NCBI GenBank assembly: GCA_964627665.1
Contig: CAZVKG010000011.1
Coordinates: 7,144 to 71,143 of the forward strand
From: an uncultured Eubacteriales bacterium
Lineage (GTDB): Bacteria > Bacillota > Clostridia > Lachnospirales > Vallitaleaceae
DNA length: 64,000 nt
Reading direction: 5' to 3'
Within the stretch, counting starts at the first letter, position 1, and each line of letters starts with the position of its first letter. Shown here in pieces: positions 50,725-60,204 of the stretch. The notes below the pieces were generated by a model. The model did not search any database, was not told the DNA's origin, and was given only the letters and a program-made list of their open reading frames with translations. Position numbers and translations under genes: made by a program.

Positions 50725-51558
50725 TTAACCTTTAACGGCTCCCATAACTAAGCTTTCTTGTATCCGTTTACCCATGAATGCATATAGAATCAACACAGGG
50801 AATGTCGCGATAACAAGTGCCGCTCCGATTGGTCCCCATTCTGTCGTATATGAACCGGATAAGTTTTGAATACCTACAGATAATGTTCGATATTTTGCTT
50901 CGCTTATAAAGATAACTGCAAACATTAACTCGTTCCATGCTTGCAAGAAAACAAAAATACCAATCGTTGATAATGCCGGTCGCATTAAGGGTAAAATAAT
51001 ATGCCAAAAAATACCATATATACTTGCTCCATCAATACAGGCCGCTTCTTCAAGCTCACGCGGAATACCACTGATAAAACTGCTACTAATTAATATTGCC
51101 ATGGCTAATGCAAACGCTGCATAAGGAATAATTAAGGCTTGATATGAATTGGTCATTTTTAAATTCCTTAGCATAATAAATACCGGTAATATTGCTGCAT
51201 GAATCGGTACAGTTAAGCCAAGCATAAACATATTATTGGCAAACTTACGCCCTCTCCAAACCATACGCTCTAAGGCATAGGTTGCTGTTAATGCCGCAAT
51301 AATGGTTAATGCGATTGTACCGGCGGTTACTATAAAACTATTCATAAAATAAATAGCCATATTCCCGGTTGTTAATGCTGCTGTATAATTTTCCCATAGC
51401 CATTCTTTGGGTAATCCAATAACATTTTCTCCGAAAATCTCGCTATTGGATTTTAATGAAAAGGTAAACATCCAATAAAGCGGGAATATTTGTACAAGTG
51501 TCCAAAAACAAAGGAGTGCGAAAACGATATTTTTTCCGACTTTGCTTTCTTTTTTCAT
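50725..51558 (-). CDS. Carbohydrate ABC transporter permease (MalG-like)
   Basis: EAA loop LEEAACIDGAS; six TM helices. Confidence 0.94.
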   Translation of the reverse strand: MKKESKVGKNIVFALLCFWTLVQIFPLYWMFTFSLKSNSEIFGENVIGLPKEWLWENYTAALTTGNMAIYFMNSFIVTAGTIALTIIAALTATYALERMVWRGRKFANNMFMLGLTVPIHAAILPVFIMLRNLKMTNSYQALIIPYAAFALAMAILISSSFISGIPRELEEAACIDGASIYGIFWHIILPLMRPALSTIGIFVFLQAWNELMFAVIFISEAKYRTLSVGIQNLSGSYTTEWGPIGAALVIATFPVLILYAFMGKRIQESLVMGAVKG

Positions 51559-52440
51559 TTAATCCACCTCCGTTTTGAACGCTTTTTTAATTAATACTGC
51601 AAAGAAGAAACATAAGAATATAATCATAATGGCAATTGAACTACCATAACCATATTGGTTCCTTAAAAAAATCCTAGAAACCATGAGTGTACTTGGAACT
51701 TCACTGGCATGGGCCGGTCCTCCATTGGTTAAAACATAAATCATATCAAATGCTTTCAATGATCCGACTACTGCAAAGATAACGCATACTTGCAATACCG
51801 GTTTTAATAGAGGAATGGTGATGTACCGTGAAATCTGATTATCTGTTGCTCCATCAATTTTTGCCGCTTCTCGTAAACTTGTCGGAATCGATTTAATTCC
51901 TGCATACATAAGTAGCATATGATAGCCTACATATTGCCATAGTAGAGGGATGAATACGGCTAACAAAGCCGTATCCTGATCCCCTAACCATGTTCTTGTG
52001 AGATTGTCTAACCCCATAGAACGAAGAGCCATGTTGATCAATCCATATTGCGGATTGTATATCTTCATCCAAAGTTGTCCAATAACTACTGTTGAAATCA
52101 TTACCGGAATAAAAAATACGGTTACAAAGAATCTTTCTCCTTTTCTTCCTTTCGCTAATGCAAGAGCCAATATTAATGCTAACCCTAGCTGTAGTGTCAC
52201 GGAAAGCCCGGCTAATATGAATGCATTCCTAAGTGACTTAACAAAGCCTCCTGACCTACTTGTAAATAACCCGATGTAGTTGTCTAATCCTATAAATGTC
52301 GCCTCGGTCATACCATCCCAATCAAGTAGGCTATAATAGCCGGACATGAAGATTGGCACAATGATAATTGACACAAACAAAACAGTTGCCGGTAACATGA
52401 ATAGAATGATCGCTGTTTTGTTCTTCATTACTTTGTCCAT
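51559..52440 (-). CDS. Carbohydrate ABC transporter permease (MalF-like)
   Basis: FIGLDNY, REAAKIDGA, TNGGP. Confidence 0.94.
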   Translation of the reverse strand: MDKVMKNKTAIILFMLPATVLFVSIIIVPIFMSGYYSLLDWDGMTEATFIGLDNYIGLFTSRSGGFVKSLRNAFILAGLSVTLQLGLALILALALAKGRKGERFFVTVFFIPVMISTVVIGQLWMKIYNPQYGLINMALRSMGLDNLTRTWLGDQDTALLAVFIPLLWQYVGYHMLLMYAGIKSIPTSLREAAKIDGATDNQISRYITIPLLKPVLQVCVIFAVVGSLKAFDMIYVLTNGGPAHASEVPSTLMVSRIFLRNQYGYGSSIAIMIIFLCFFFAVLIKKAFKTEVD

Positions 52441-52469
52441 TATCGATCCTCCATAACTTTATGTTGTGC

Positions 52470-53834
52470 TTATTGTCCCAGTTGATCTGCCATTGCTTCA
52501 GCAAATTCTTCCGGTGTTAAGTTTCCAATATATAATTCTTGTAATAATGCAAGATATTCTCCTGCATCGCCTGCTTCCATTAATGTATCAAACCATAATG
52601 TGAATGATGTTGCGTTTCTTGCATTTTGAGCAACCTTTTGAACTAGAGGTTTAATTTCACTTTCATCATAATCCACATCCCAAGCTGCAACACCTGCACC
52701 ATCAAGATATGCATATTTTGAGATACTTCGTGCCAATTCAAACGCAGCATTTCCAGCCACTTCAGGATGTTTAGTTGAAGCTGCAACCATCAATGTATCC
52801 GATGCTCCACCCATGAAGTCTGTAATTTGTGCATTAGCATCATTTAATACAGGAATTGGCGCCAAGTCAAAATCTTCCGGAGTTTCTGAGTCTGTATAGA
52901 TTGAACCTGCCATCCAGCTACCTGTAATATACATAGGCACTGTTCCGTTGTAGAATAATTGACTTGCTTCATCGTTTGAAAGACCTGCTGCACCTTCAAT
53001 TAAAGCGCCCATCTCAATAAGCTCAACTAAACTTGCTGATGCATTGATAAAATCTGGATCATTGTAACTTCCGCTTGTTTTTGTTAATACATTGTGTACT
53101 TTTTCAGGACCTGCTGATTTTAATGTTAATGCATCATGTGTCATTGCAAGTACCCAAGTATCTTTTACGCTAATACCGATTGGTGTAACTCCATCATCTA
53201 AGAATGCTTGATTTACAGTTTTCCACTCTTCAAATGTTGTTGGAGCTGTTAATCCACGCTCATCAAACATTTTTTTGTTGTAAAATAATAACGAAACCGG
53301 TGTTGAGTATGTTGAACCATAAATTTGTCCATTATATGTTGCATTTCCTAACGCCGCTTGATTTAATTCATCAGAGAAATCTACATAATAATCATCTAAT
53401 GGCATAACCTTTTCAGATTCAACAAACGCTTGAGAGAAACCACCACCCCATGTAAAGAAGATGTCCGGTAAATCATTAGCCGCTACCGCTGTTTTAATTT
53501 TTGTTTTGTATGATTCATTTTCAAATGTTTCGTGAACAATAGTTACACCAGGATGTGCTGCTTCAAAATCAGCAATTGCATTTGTATATGCCGGATTAAA
53601 GGCATCACTTTCTGTTGCAATACTCCAAAGTGTCAATGTAACTTCTTCTGCATCATTTCCTGCATCTGTGTCAGTATCTGTTGTTCCTGAATCCGTTGAT
53701 CCTGCGTCTGCTGAAGTATCTGTATCTGTTGAGCTGTCTGTACTTCCGGCATCATCGCCACCACATGCAGTTAAGGACATTATAAGTGTTAATACTAAAA
53801 ATAACCCCACTACTTTTTTTGTAAAACCTTTCAT
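52470..53834 (-). CDS. Carbohydrate ABC transporter solute-binding lipoprotein
   Basis: Lipobox LTAC, Asp/Thr/Ser-rich linker, LPDIFFTWGG, FYNK, PTTFEE. Confidence 0.93.
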   Translation of the reverse strand: MKGFTKKVVGLFLVLTLIMSLTACGGDDAGSTDSSTDTDTSADAGSTDSGTTDTDTDAGNDAEEVTLTLWSIATESDAFNPAYTNAIADFEAAHPGVTIVHETFENESYKTKIKTAVAANDLPDIFFTWGGGFSQAFVESEKVMPLDDYYVDFSDELNQAALGNATYNGQIYGSTYSTPVSLLFYNKKMFDERGLTAPTTFEEWKTVNQAFLDDGVTPIGISVKDTWVLAMTHDALTLKSAGPEKVHNVLTKTSGSYNDPDFINASASLVELIEMGALIEGAAGLSNDEASQLFYNGTVPMYITGSWMAGSIYTDSETPEDFDLAPIPVLNDANAQITDFMGGASDTLMVAASTKHPEVAGNAAFELARSISKYAYLDGAGVAAWDVDYDESEIKPLVQKVAQNARNATSFTLWFDTLMEAGDAGEYLALLQELYIGNLTPEEFAEAMADQLGQ

Positions 53835-53909
53835 AAACTACCTCCATTTTTTTAATAGATTGATTTTAGCTACAAATTAATTATATAAAAAACTGATTAA
53901 AACATGAAC

Positions 53910-53940
53910 GGACAATCTTTGCTGCAATAGGTAATATTTT
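53910..53940 (-). promoter_or_regulatory. Direct-repeat operator, probably for the locus's YesN/AraC regulator
   Basis: Minus strand AAAATATTACC and AAAGATTGTCC with 20-nt period, upstream of a TATAAT; there is no good -35. Confidence 0.4.
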
Positions 53941-53941
53941 T

Positions 53942-54098
53942 ACCTAAGAGTTTTCCACTCAAAATCAACTTAGTTTTTCTTCGGATGCGATTCTCCTAAA
54001 TCGACGTTTCAACGATTTAGGAGAATCGCATCCGTTATTGAAAAACTTGATTTTGAGCGGAAAACTCGGTTGAGGTTTTGAGCGGAAAACTCTTAGGT
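53942..54098. repeat. Nested palindromic MITE/REPIN-like element
   Basis: 23-bp terminal IR with 1 mismatch (53942-53964 / 54076-54098). Perfect 22-bp inner stem (53982-54003 / 54013-54034) with 9-nt loop. 17-bp direct repeat (54051-54067, 54076-54092). Confidence 0.85.
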
Positions 54099-54114
54099 TT
54101 TAATCTATCTTTAA

Positions 54115-54143
54115 TTGCAATTCATCCATTACCTAAGTATAAT
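54115..54143 (+). promoter_or_regulatory. SigmaA promoter of uppP
   Basis: TTGCAA-N17-TATAAT. Confidence 0.65.
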
Positions 54144-54196
54144 AAAGAAGACTATCTCTCAATAGAGAATATAAAATAATTAAGGCGGGTATTAAA

Positions 54197-55015
54197 ATGA
54201 TTGAATTTTTAAAAGTATTTTTTCTCGGTATCGTTCAAGGTATTACTGAATGGCTTCCTATTAGTAGCACCGGTCACATGATTTTGGTCGATGAATTCAT
54301 AAACCTTGATGTCAGCCCCCAGTTTATGGCCATGTTTTTAGTTGTTATACAATTCGGCTCTATCTTGGCTGTCGTTGTTCTTTTTTTTAATAAGCTGTTT
54401 CCTTTTGATTTCACTCCTGATCGTGAGCATTTTATTAAAAAAGATATTATGATTTTATGGTTTAAAATATTTGTTGCCTGTATTCCGGCTGCAATCATCG
54501 GCCTCTTATATGATGATATCATCAATGAACTGTTTTACAATTATCAAACCGTTGCCCTCATGCTCATCTTATACGGTATCTTATTTATTATAATTGAGTA
54601 TGCCCATAAAGGCAAACTTCCAAAGATAACAACCTTGGGCGTCATTTCTTACAAGACGGCTTTTCTCATCGGTATCTTTCAAGCACTTGCACTCATTCCC
54701 GGAACGTCTCGTTCAGGAGCAACTATCATTGGAGCAATGATCTTAGGTGCTTCCCGGGTAATTGCTGCTGAATTCACTTTCTTCTTAGCAATCCCTGTCA
54801 TGTTTGGTGCTAGTTTATTAAAACTTATTAAGTTTGGGTTTGATTTTACGGGTCAAGAATTAATGATTTTAATCGGGGGCATGATTGTTGCCTTTATTAC
54901 CTCGATTCTTGCCATCAAGTTTTTAATGGGTTATATTAAAAAACATGATTTCAAAGTCTTTGGCTACTATCGTATCATTTTAGGTTTGATTGTACTCATT
55001 TACTTCCTTGTTTGA
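54197..55015 (+). CDS. uppP: Undecaprenyl-diphosphate phosphatase
   Basis: [37 protein letters not shown]. Confidence 0.97.
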   Translation: MIEFLKVFFLGIVQGITEWLPISSTGHMILVDEFINLDVSPQFMAMFLVVIQFGSILAVVVLFFNKLFPFDFTPDREHFIKKDIMILWFKIFVACIPAAIIGLLYDDIINELFYNYQTVALMLILYGILFIIIEYAHKGKLPKITTLGVISYKTAFLIGIFQALALIPGTSRSGATIIGAMILGASRVIAAEFTFFLAIPVMFGASLLKLIKFGFDFTGQELMILIGGMIVAFITSILAIKFLMGYIKKHDFKVFGYYRIILGLIVLIYFLV

Positions 55016-55033
55016 CAGAGCTAATAGCAAAGG

Positions 55034-55059
55034 AAAAAGGGGCATTATGCCTCTTTTTT
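55034..55059 (+). terminator. Intrinsic terminator after uppP
   Basis: AAAAAGGGGCA-tta-TGCCTCTTTTTT. Confidence 0.75.
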
Positions 55060-55068
55060 ATTTTTCTA

Positions 55069-55097
55069 TTTACGCGAACACCAGTTCGTGTTATAAT
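55069..55097 (+). promoter_or_regulatory. SigmaA promoter containing a LexA (SOS/Cheo) box
   Basis: TTTACG-N17-TATAAT with extended TG. The spacer contains CGAAC-acca-GTTCG (55075-55088), the Firmicutes LexA consensus. Confidence 0.8.
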
Positions 55098-55113
55098 GAG
55101 CTTGGGTGATTTT

Positions 55114-55377
55114 ATGAAAACAATAACAAAACCAATAGAAATGATTAGTTGGACTGAAAAAGACGGCAAAATCCATCCCATACGGTTTAAAATTGAGTCT
55201 AGTGAAGGCGAACAAATCGTATACAAGGTTCAAAAAGTCTACACACGCGACTTCGACAAAATAGCCGGTAACAAAGTATATTGCTTCACCTGTGAAATTG
55301 CCGTTAATAACAACCTGCGCATCTGCGAACTAAGATATAACCTCGACACCTGTTGCTGGTACCTCTTCAAGTTATAA
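55114..55377 (+). CDS. 87-aa hypothetical protein, predicted SOS-inducible
   Basis: GGGTGA RBS before ATG 55114; MKTITKPIEMISW...HPIRFK...CELRY...WYLFKL; has its own promoter and terminator. Confidence 0.8.
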   Translation: MKTITKPIEMISWTEKDGKIHPIRFKIESSEGEQIVYKVQKVYTRDFDKIAGNKVYCFTCEIAVNNNLRICELRYNLDTCCWYLFKL

Positions 55378-55379
55378 AG

Positions 55380-55425
55380 AAAGTAGGTATATTGAGTAGT
55401 GGAAACTCAACATACCTACTTTTTT
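55380..55425. terminator. Bidirectional terminator
   Basis: AAAGTAGGTATaTTGAG...CTCAAcATACCTACTTTTTT between convergent genes. Confidence 0.8.
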
Positions 55426-55448
55426 AAGGTTTTAATATGATTTGGTTG

Positions 55449-56615
55449 TTACTCTTCTGTCTCTTGGTCTAAAAATGTGTATCCGGATACCGCTTCTAGT
55501 TGCGCTACAGCGAGTTGATAGTTCCGTTGCATATTTATGAGATTGACTTCCATACGTTGTTGTGTAAGGGCAATCTCATTGAGAGTATGGCTTGTGATAA
55601 ATCCAAGCTCCATACGTAGTTGTGCACTTCGGTAACTTTCATTAATGAGCTCAACACTTTTTTCAAGAGCTACAATTCCTTGCGTGATGCTGTCAAGGTT
55701 TTGATACGCTTGAAGAAGATTTTTTTCTTGAGATAATTTAGCCGAATCATATTGATATGGAGCTTTTTTATAACTATGTTCTGCTTCACGGCGTACATAT
55801 ACATTCTCAGGATAAAAACCACTAGTAATTTCATATGTAGATTCCGCTATTTTATATGCCATCTCTGCTCTTACTAAAGATGGATGATTTTCTAACATAT
55901 ACGTCTGTAACTCAGACAATTCTGGAACTTCAAGATTTCTCGCACTAATTTCTTCCTTAAGAATCCAATCTTTTTGTAGATCTTCATTCATTAACATATT
56001 AAGATCCATCATAGAATGACTGAATGCTAGCTGTGCTTCAATTAATTCCGATTTTTTTGCCGCAACTTCAGATTCAGTTTCAAGAACATCTGAATTTGCT
56101 ACTTGTCCAAGTTCAAATCGTTTATTCATAAACTCATAACTTTGTTCCGCCTGTGCTAAATACTTTTCTGCTAATTCAAGATTATTTCTAGCATGAATCA
56201 ATCCGGCATATGTTGATTTCACGTCGAGTTCAACACCAAGGAGTTGAAGGTCATATACACTATCAGATAAAATCTTCAAATACTCTTTCTGAATCTTTGC
56301 CAATTCAGCACCTAAGTCCACATCATAATTTCCAGTTGCAAAATCAAGTTTAGCCAATTCTAAAACCTTTTCACGACTATATAACGCTTCTTCTTTCTCT
56401 ACTTCTGCAATCTTCACATCAAAGTTTTTTTCCATGGCAAGTTCAATAGCTTTTTCTAAGGTAAGGACTTCAGGTTCAGTTAAAACGTCAAGTTCTACAT
56501 CTTCTACATCTTCTTCAGCAACTATCGGTGAAAATGTAACCGCTGTCAGTATAACAATAAGAACTGCTGCTATGCCTATTTTTATTCGCTTTAAATCAAT
56601 CACTTTACTCTTCAT
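55449..56615 (-). CDS. TolC-family (OEP) alpha-helical protein
   Basis: Signal peptide; LTLEKAIELAMEKN, RFELGQVANSDVL, HPSL, RMELGFIT...Y.LA..QLE repeats of the OEP fold. Confidence 0.8.
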   Translation of the reverse strand: MKSKVIDLKRIKIGIAAVLIVILTAVTFSPIVAEEDVEDVELDVLTEPEVLTLEKAIELAMEKNFDVKIAEVEKEEALYSREKVLELAKLDFATGNYDVDLGAELAKIQKEYLKILSDSVYDLQLLGVELDVKSTYAGLIHARNNLELAEKYLAQAEQSYEFMNKRFELGQVANSDVLETESEVAAKKSELIEAQLAFSHSMMDLNMLMNEDLQKDWILKEEISARNLEVPELSELQTYMLENHPSLVRAEMAYKIAESTYEITSGFYPENVYVRREAEHSYKKAPYQYDSAKLSQEKNLLQAYQNLDSITQGIVALEKSVELINESYRSAQLRMELGFITSHTLNEIALTQQRMEVNLINMQRNYQLAVAQLEAVSGYTFLDQETEE

Positions 56616-56626
56616 TGAATTTCTCC

Positions 56627-57991
56627 TTATTTTATAATGTCAATATAATAATTAATCGGATCCCATTCTACGACGTAATCCAATGTTTCTGCTAACCAGC
56701 GCAAAGGAACCATGGTACGTCCTTCAATAATCTCCGGAGCCACTTCGAGTTCAGCTATATTACCATCAACAACTGTTGTCTGATCACCAATAATAAGTTC
56801 AATGCTTTTATCTCCGCTTGATGTAACTTTTTGTAGTTCTTCATTCCATTCCACCTCTTGATTTAATGCTTCTAAGAAATTACGCATTGAGACCAGCGTA
56901 TGACCATTACGAATCACAGGTTCTACATCAAAACGTAAATTTTGTCCATTTAAAAATACCATTACTTTATCCGGTTTTTGAATTATCGGAGCCTCTTGTA
57001 ACTGTTCCTTAATTTCGGTTACACCCAGATTGGTACTAACCCAGATAGTACCATCTGTTTCTACTGCCACATCATAGATATAGTTATTGGGAATCGGTGT
57101 ATTTGCCGCTTTATACTCAACAAGCATAGCTGTATTATCAATTTTTAGTAATCCATCGCCCCACGTTGCTGCATATATATTGCCATATTGGTCTTCCGCA
57201 ATGGATTTTATAAAATAATCCATAATAGAACGTTTATTATATATGTCCCAAATCCCATCCTTGAATGCGGCCAATCCATTAATCGTTCCAACCCATAACG
57301 TTCCGTCGCTTGCAATATATAGATCATTTACACGATTCGAAGGCAATTCCGAATTATTTGAATTATACACCGTCCATTCGCCTTCAGCATCTAGATAAGC
57401 AATACCTCCAATATCTGAATAATTCGGATGCGTTGCAAACCATGTTCCACCTTCTTCGTCAAGAAGAATTTTTGTCACATCCGTACTTGGAATCTCTGAA
57501 TTAAGTGTATTATAGTTTGTACGATTTCCTTGTGCATCAATGTGATAAGCGCCATAGTTAGTCACCCCATGCCATATGCCACCTTCAGTATCCGCTGTTA
57601 AACTCGTAACTGTCTCGCCATAAATCGAATTGTTATTCATATAGTACTGATCCCATTGACCATCCGTTTTAAAGACACTCACACCGGAGTTTGTTCCAAA
57701 GTAGACATTTCCATTGATATCAATAGTCATACAATTTACAAAATTATTGCTTAGTCCGTATAGTGCTTTTTGATATGTTGTCCATTGGTTTTGCTCATTG
57801 ATTGTAGCGACACCACCGCCACCAGTAACAAACCAAATGCCCTCTTCAAAAGGATAAACTTCAACAACTTTATCCACTATTAACGCACTATTTATCCGTG
57901 TATATTGTTTGGATATCCGGTTTGACAAACCATATACCGGCATGGAACTTCCGATTACAAAAACTAACATTAATGCGATTATTTTTTTCAT
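56627..57991 (-). CDS. Secreted beta-propeller (Reg_prop repeats) protein with C-terminal copper-amine-oxidase-N/stalk domain
   Basis: Repeats YNxxNSxLPSxxVxxIxxDxxGxxWxxT; C-terminal FDVEPVIRNGHTLVSMR...APEIIEGRTMVPLR. Confidence 0.85.
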   Translation of the reverse strand: MKKIIALMLVFVIGSSMPVYGLSNRISKQYTRINSALIVDKVVEVYPFEEGIWFVTGGGGVATINEQNQWTTYQKALYGLSNNFVNCMTIDINGNVYFGTNSGVSVFKTDGQWDQYYMNNNSIYGETVTSLTADTEGGIWHGVTNYGAYHIDAQGNRTNYNTLNSEIPSTDVTKILLDEEGGTWFATHPNYSDIGGIAYLDAEGEWTVYNSNNSELPSNRVNDLYIASDGTLWVGTINGLAAFKDGIWDIYNKRSIMDYFIKSIAEDQYGNIYAATWGDGLLKIDNTAMLVEYKAANTPIPNNYIYDVAVETDGTIWVSTNLGVTEIKEQLQEAPIIQKPDKVMVFLNGQNLRFDVEPVIRNGHTLVSMRNFLEALNQEVEWNEELQKVTSSGDKSIELIIGDQTTVVDGNIAELEVAPEIIEGRTMVPLRWLAETLDYVVEWDPINYYIDIIK

Positions 57992-58038
57992 TCTCCACAT
58001 CCTTCTTTCTTTATACTCCTCCGTATTTGCATAGCTTC

Positions 58039-58067
58039 AGTTTACTTTTTTATCAAAAAACTGTCAA
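58039..58067 (-). promoter_or_regulatory. SigmaA promoter of the propeller-TolC pair
   Basis: TTGACA-N17-TAAACT. Confidence 0.65.
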
Positions 58068-58118
58068 TAGTTCTAACCATTTCTTAATAAAAATACTATA
58101 AATGATTAAAAGGAATCT

Positions 58119-60083
58119 TTATTCTATTTCAAACTTAATCCATCTTCGCTCTAAGAGATTATAATCTTTGTCTTCAATCATTTCATCAAGAATTATAAGG
58201 TAATAGTATGTATCTCGATCTAATCGTTCTGTCGGTTCGATTGTAATCACTTCTTCATCGTTATCAATATACGCATTGAAATCCACTTTCCTACCACGCA
58301 AACTTCCCCGTCGTAGCTCTATGAATTCATCAATATCATTGTCACGAATTCTTCCACCATCGGCCCGGAAAATCGGCTCATTAAAGTCTATCTCAATCTC
58401 AACATCTCGCTTAACATTTCTTGCATTGTTTCTCGGGAAAAAATCAATATCCCAATCTTTTTCAAGTATTTCTCCGGTCCTAAACTTTGAAATCACTTCA
58501 TCATTTTCATTCCCCTCGCGATCTTCAATTGATTCGTCAAGTAAAATAATATAATAGGTTTCATCTTCTCTTAACTCGTAATCCGGGACAATTTTGATAC
58601 TTCGATTATCCCCTTGAATAGTTCCTGTATAACTAACTTTGCTTCCTGTTGATCTATTACGTCTTAACTCAATAAGATTTTCAATATCGTCATTATAAAT
58701 CATCTCACCATTTGATTTAAAAATCGGCTCATCAAAAACAATCCAAATCTCCGTATCTATATCCACATCTGACTCATCGTCATATGGCGAAAAGATTGGC
58801 ACAGGCTCTTGACTGTCTTCAGCAAATTTAGGCGGCCGACTAAGTCCAACAGAATGCTTTATATCAAAAGGTTCACTTTGAAATGTAATATTGTTTGATA
58901 AGGCATGCATTACTATCACTTTACCTAATCCTTGAAAAGCCACAGAACTACTTACCGAGGCTTCTTCAATGACTGTTGCTTGTTCTTGGAAAATCACAGA
59001 ATCCTTGGCCCCTGAATAGACTATGAGCTGTTCAATACGTCCGGCTTCAAGTCTGAATATAGCTTCATCTTCTATAATTACTGTATCCACTTTCCCCTTA
59101 ATGTGGGTCGCTTGTTCATCAAGTTTATTGCCCCTCAAAACGACTTCACGGATACCTTCGCCAGTTAACGTATCATCTTCAATCCTTCCTCCATATGGCA
59201 CAATAACTTGATCAATCGTCGTGTTTCCGGTCAATCGAATGCGTGTTTCTCCTGACGAATTATCTAGCCAAATACGTTGAATCTTCGCATCATTAAACAC
59301 CACTTCCCGTTGATTGTCCGTTTGAACATTAACATCACCTAAACTTACGATGTGACTAAAGTATATACTGCCTTCATCTGCATCTTTATCAACGGTTAAT
59401 GTCGCCGTATAGATAGTATTCTCCTGTAAATCATCTGCTTTATCAACCCATTGACTATAAGGATTCAATCGCTCTCCATCCAAGAACTGAACAATCGATA
59501 CACAAGCTTCTGCTCGAGTTAATGGATCCTCCGGTCGAAAACGTCCTTGTTCATCGCCAATCATATATCCTTTATCCACGACGGCCATGGCACTTTCTTT
59601 GGCCCAAAGAGCAATCCTTGCATCATCAGAAAAACGTGTTAATCCAATGTTTTTTTTATAAAAAGGCATCAATTTGTGATAAACAACGGCAGCTTCCTGA
59701 CGTGAAATATTCCATTCACTTCGAAACGAAAAATCTTCATATCCTTGCATGTATCCTGCCGCAACAGCTTTGGATACATCATAATAATACCATTGAGAAG
59801 CACTCAGATCTGAAAATAGAATATTCGTTGTATTTGTTAGTCCAAGACCCCGGTTAATAATTTTGGCAAACTCACCACGGGTTACCGGTGCATCCGGGCG
59901 AAATGTTCCATCGGCATATCCTGTAACAATGCCTCGATTTACTGCTACTTGAATATAATTTTTTGCCCAATGGTTATCAATATCCATTAAGTCGCTGGAA
60001 CTATAATTTGGTTGAATCATGAGTGTCAACATCATTATACTAACGATGAAAACGTACACACCTTGTCGTCGAATGTTTTGCAT
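58119..60083 (-). CDS. SLH-domain protein with two C-terminal bacterial Ig-like (Big_5-type) domains
   Basis: Three N-terminal SLH repeats (HWA...GYADGTFRPDAPVTRGEF), beta-rich middle, two P.D...V..D..I.I.F.EPI repeats. Start at ATG 60083 after AAAGGAG. Confidence 0.88.
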   Translation of the reverse strand: MQNIRRQGVYVFIVSIMMLTLMIQPNYSSSDLMDIDNHWAKNYIQVAVNRGIVTGYADGTFRPDAPVTRGEFAKIINRGLGLTNTTNILFSDLSASQWYYYDVSKAVAAGYMQGYEDFSFRSEWNISRQEAAVVYHKLMPFYKKNIGLTRFSDDARIALWAKESAMAVVDKGYMIGDEQGRFRPEDPLTRAEACVSIVQFLDGERLNPYSQWVDKADDLQENTIYTATLTVDKDADEGSIYFSHIVSLGDVNVQTDNQREVVFNDAKIQRIWLDNSSGETRIRLTGNTTIDQVIVPYGGRIEDDTLTGEGIREVVLRGNKLDEQATHIKGKVDTVIIEDEAIFRLEAGRIEQLIVYSGAKDSVIFQEQATVIEEASVSSSVAFQGLGKVIVMHALSNNITFQSEPFDIKHSVGLSRPPKFAEDSQEPVPIFSPYDDESDVDIDTEIWIVFDEPIFKSNGEMIYNDDIENLIELRRNRSTGSKVSYTGTIQGDNRSIKIVPDYELREDETYYIILLDESIEDREGNENDEVISKFRTGEILEKDWDIDFFPRNNARNVKRDVEIEIDFNEPIFRADGGRIRDNDIDEFIELRRGSLRGRKVDFNAYIDNDEEVITIEPTERLDRDTYYYLIILDEMIEDKDYNLLERRWIKFEIE

Positions 60084-60092
60084 AAGTTCTCC

Positions 60093-60121
60093 TTTACAAA
60101 TTTTCAAAAAATTATTATAAT
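60093..60121 (+). promoter_or_regulatory. SigmaA promoter of tRNA-Thr
   Basis: TTTACA-N17-TATAAT, 10 nt upstream of the tRNA. Confidence 0.6.
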
Positions 60122-60131
60122 TATTGAAGAT

Positions 60132-60204
60132 GCTCCCATGGCTCAGTCGGTAGAGCGATTCACTCGTAATGAATAGGTCAGCGGTTCGATTCCGCTTGGG
60201 AGCT
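60132..60204 (+). tRNA. tRNA-Thr (anticodon CGT), CCA not encoded
   Basis: Acceptor GCTCCCA/TGGGAGC, D-arm GCTC...GAGC, anticodon arm ATTCA-ctCGTaa-TGAAT, T-arm AGCGG-TTCGATT-CCGCT. Confidence 0.96.

Noticed and set aside
55012-55113. N-terminal extension of the small SOS gene (121-aa ORF in the track)
   Set aside because: It runs through the uppP terminator and the promoter; the real start is ATG 55114.
60132-60204. tRNA as integration site of a genomic island
   Set aside because: I found no duplicated tRNA 3' fragment or integrase in the remaining 3.8 kb; sequence beyond the window cannot be judged.
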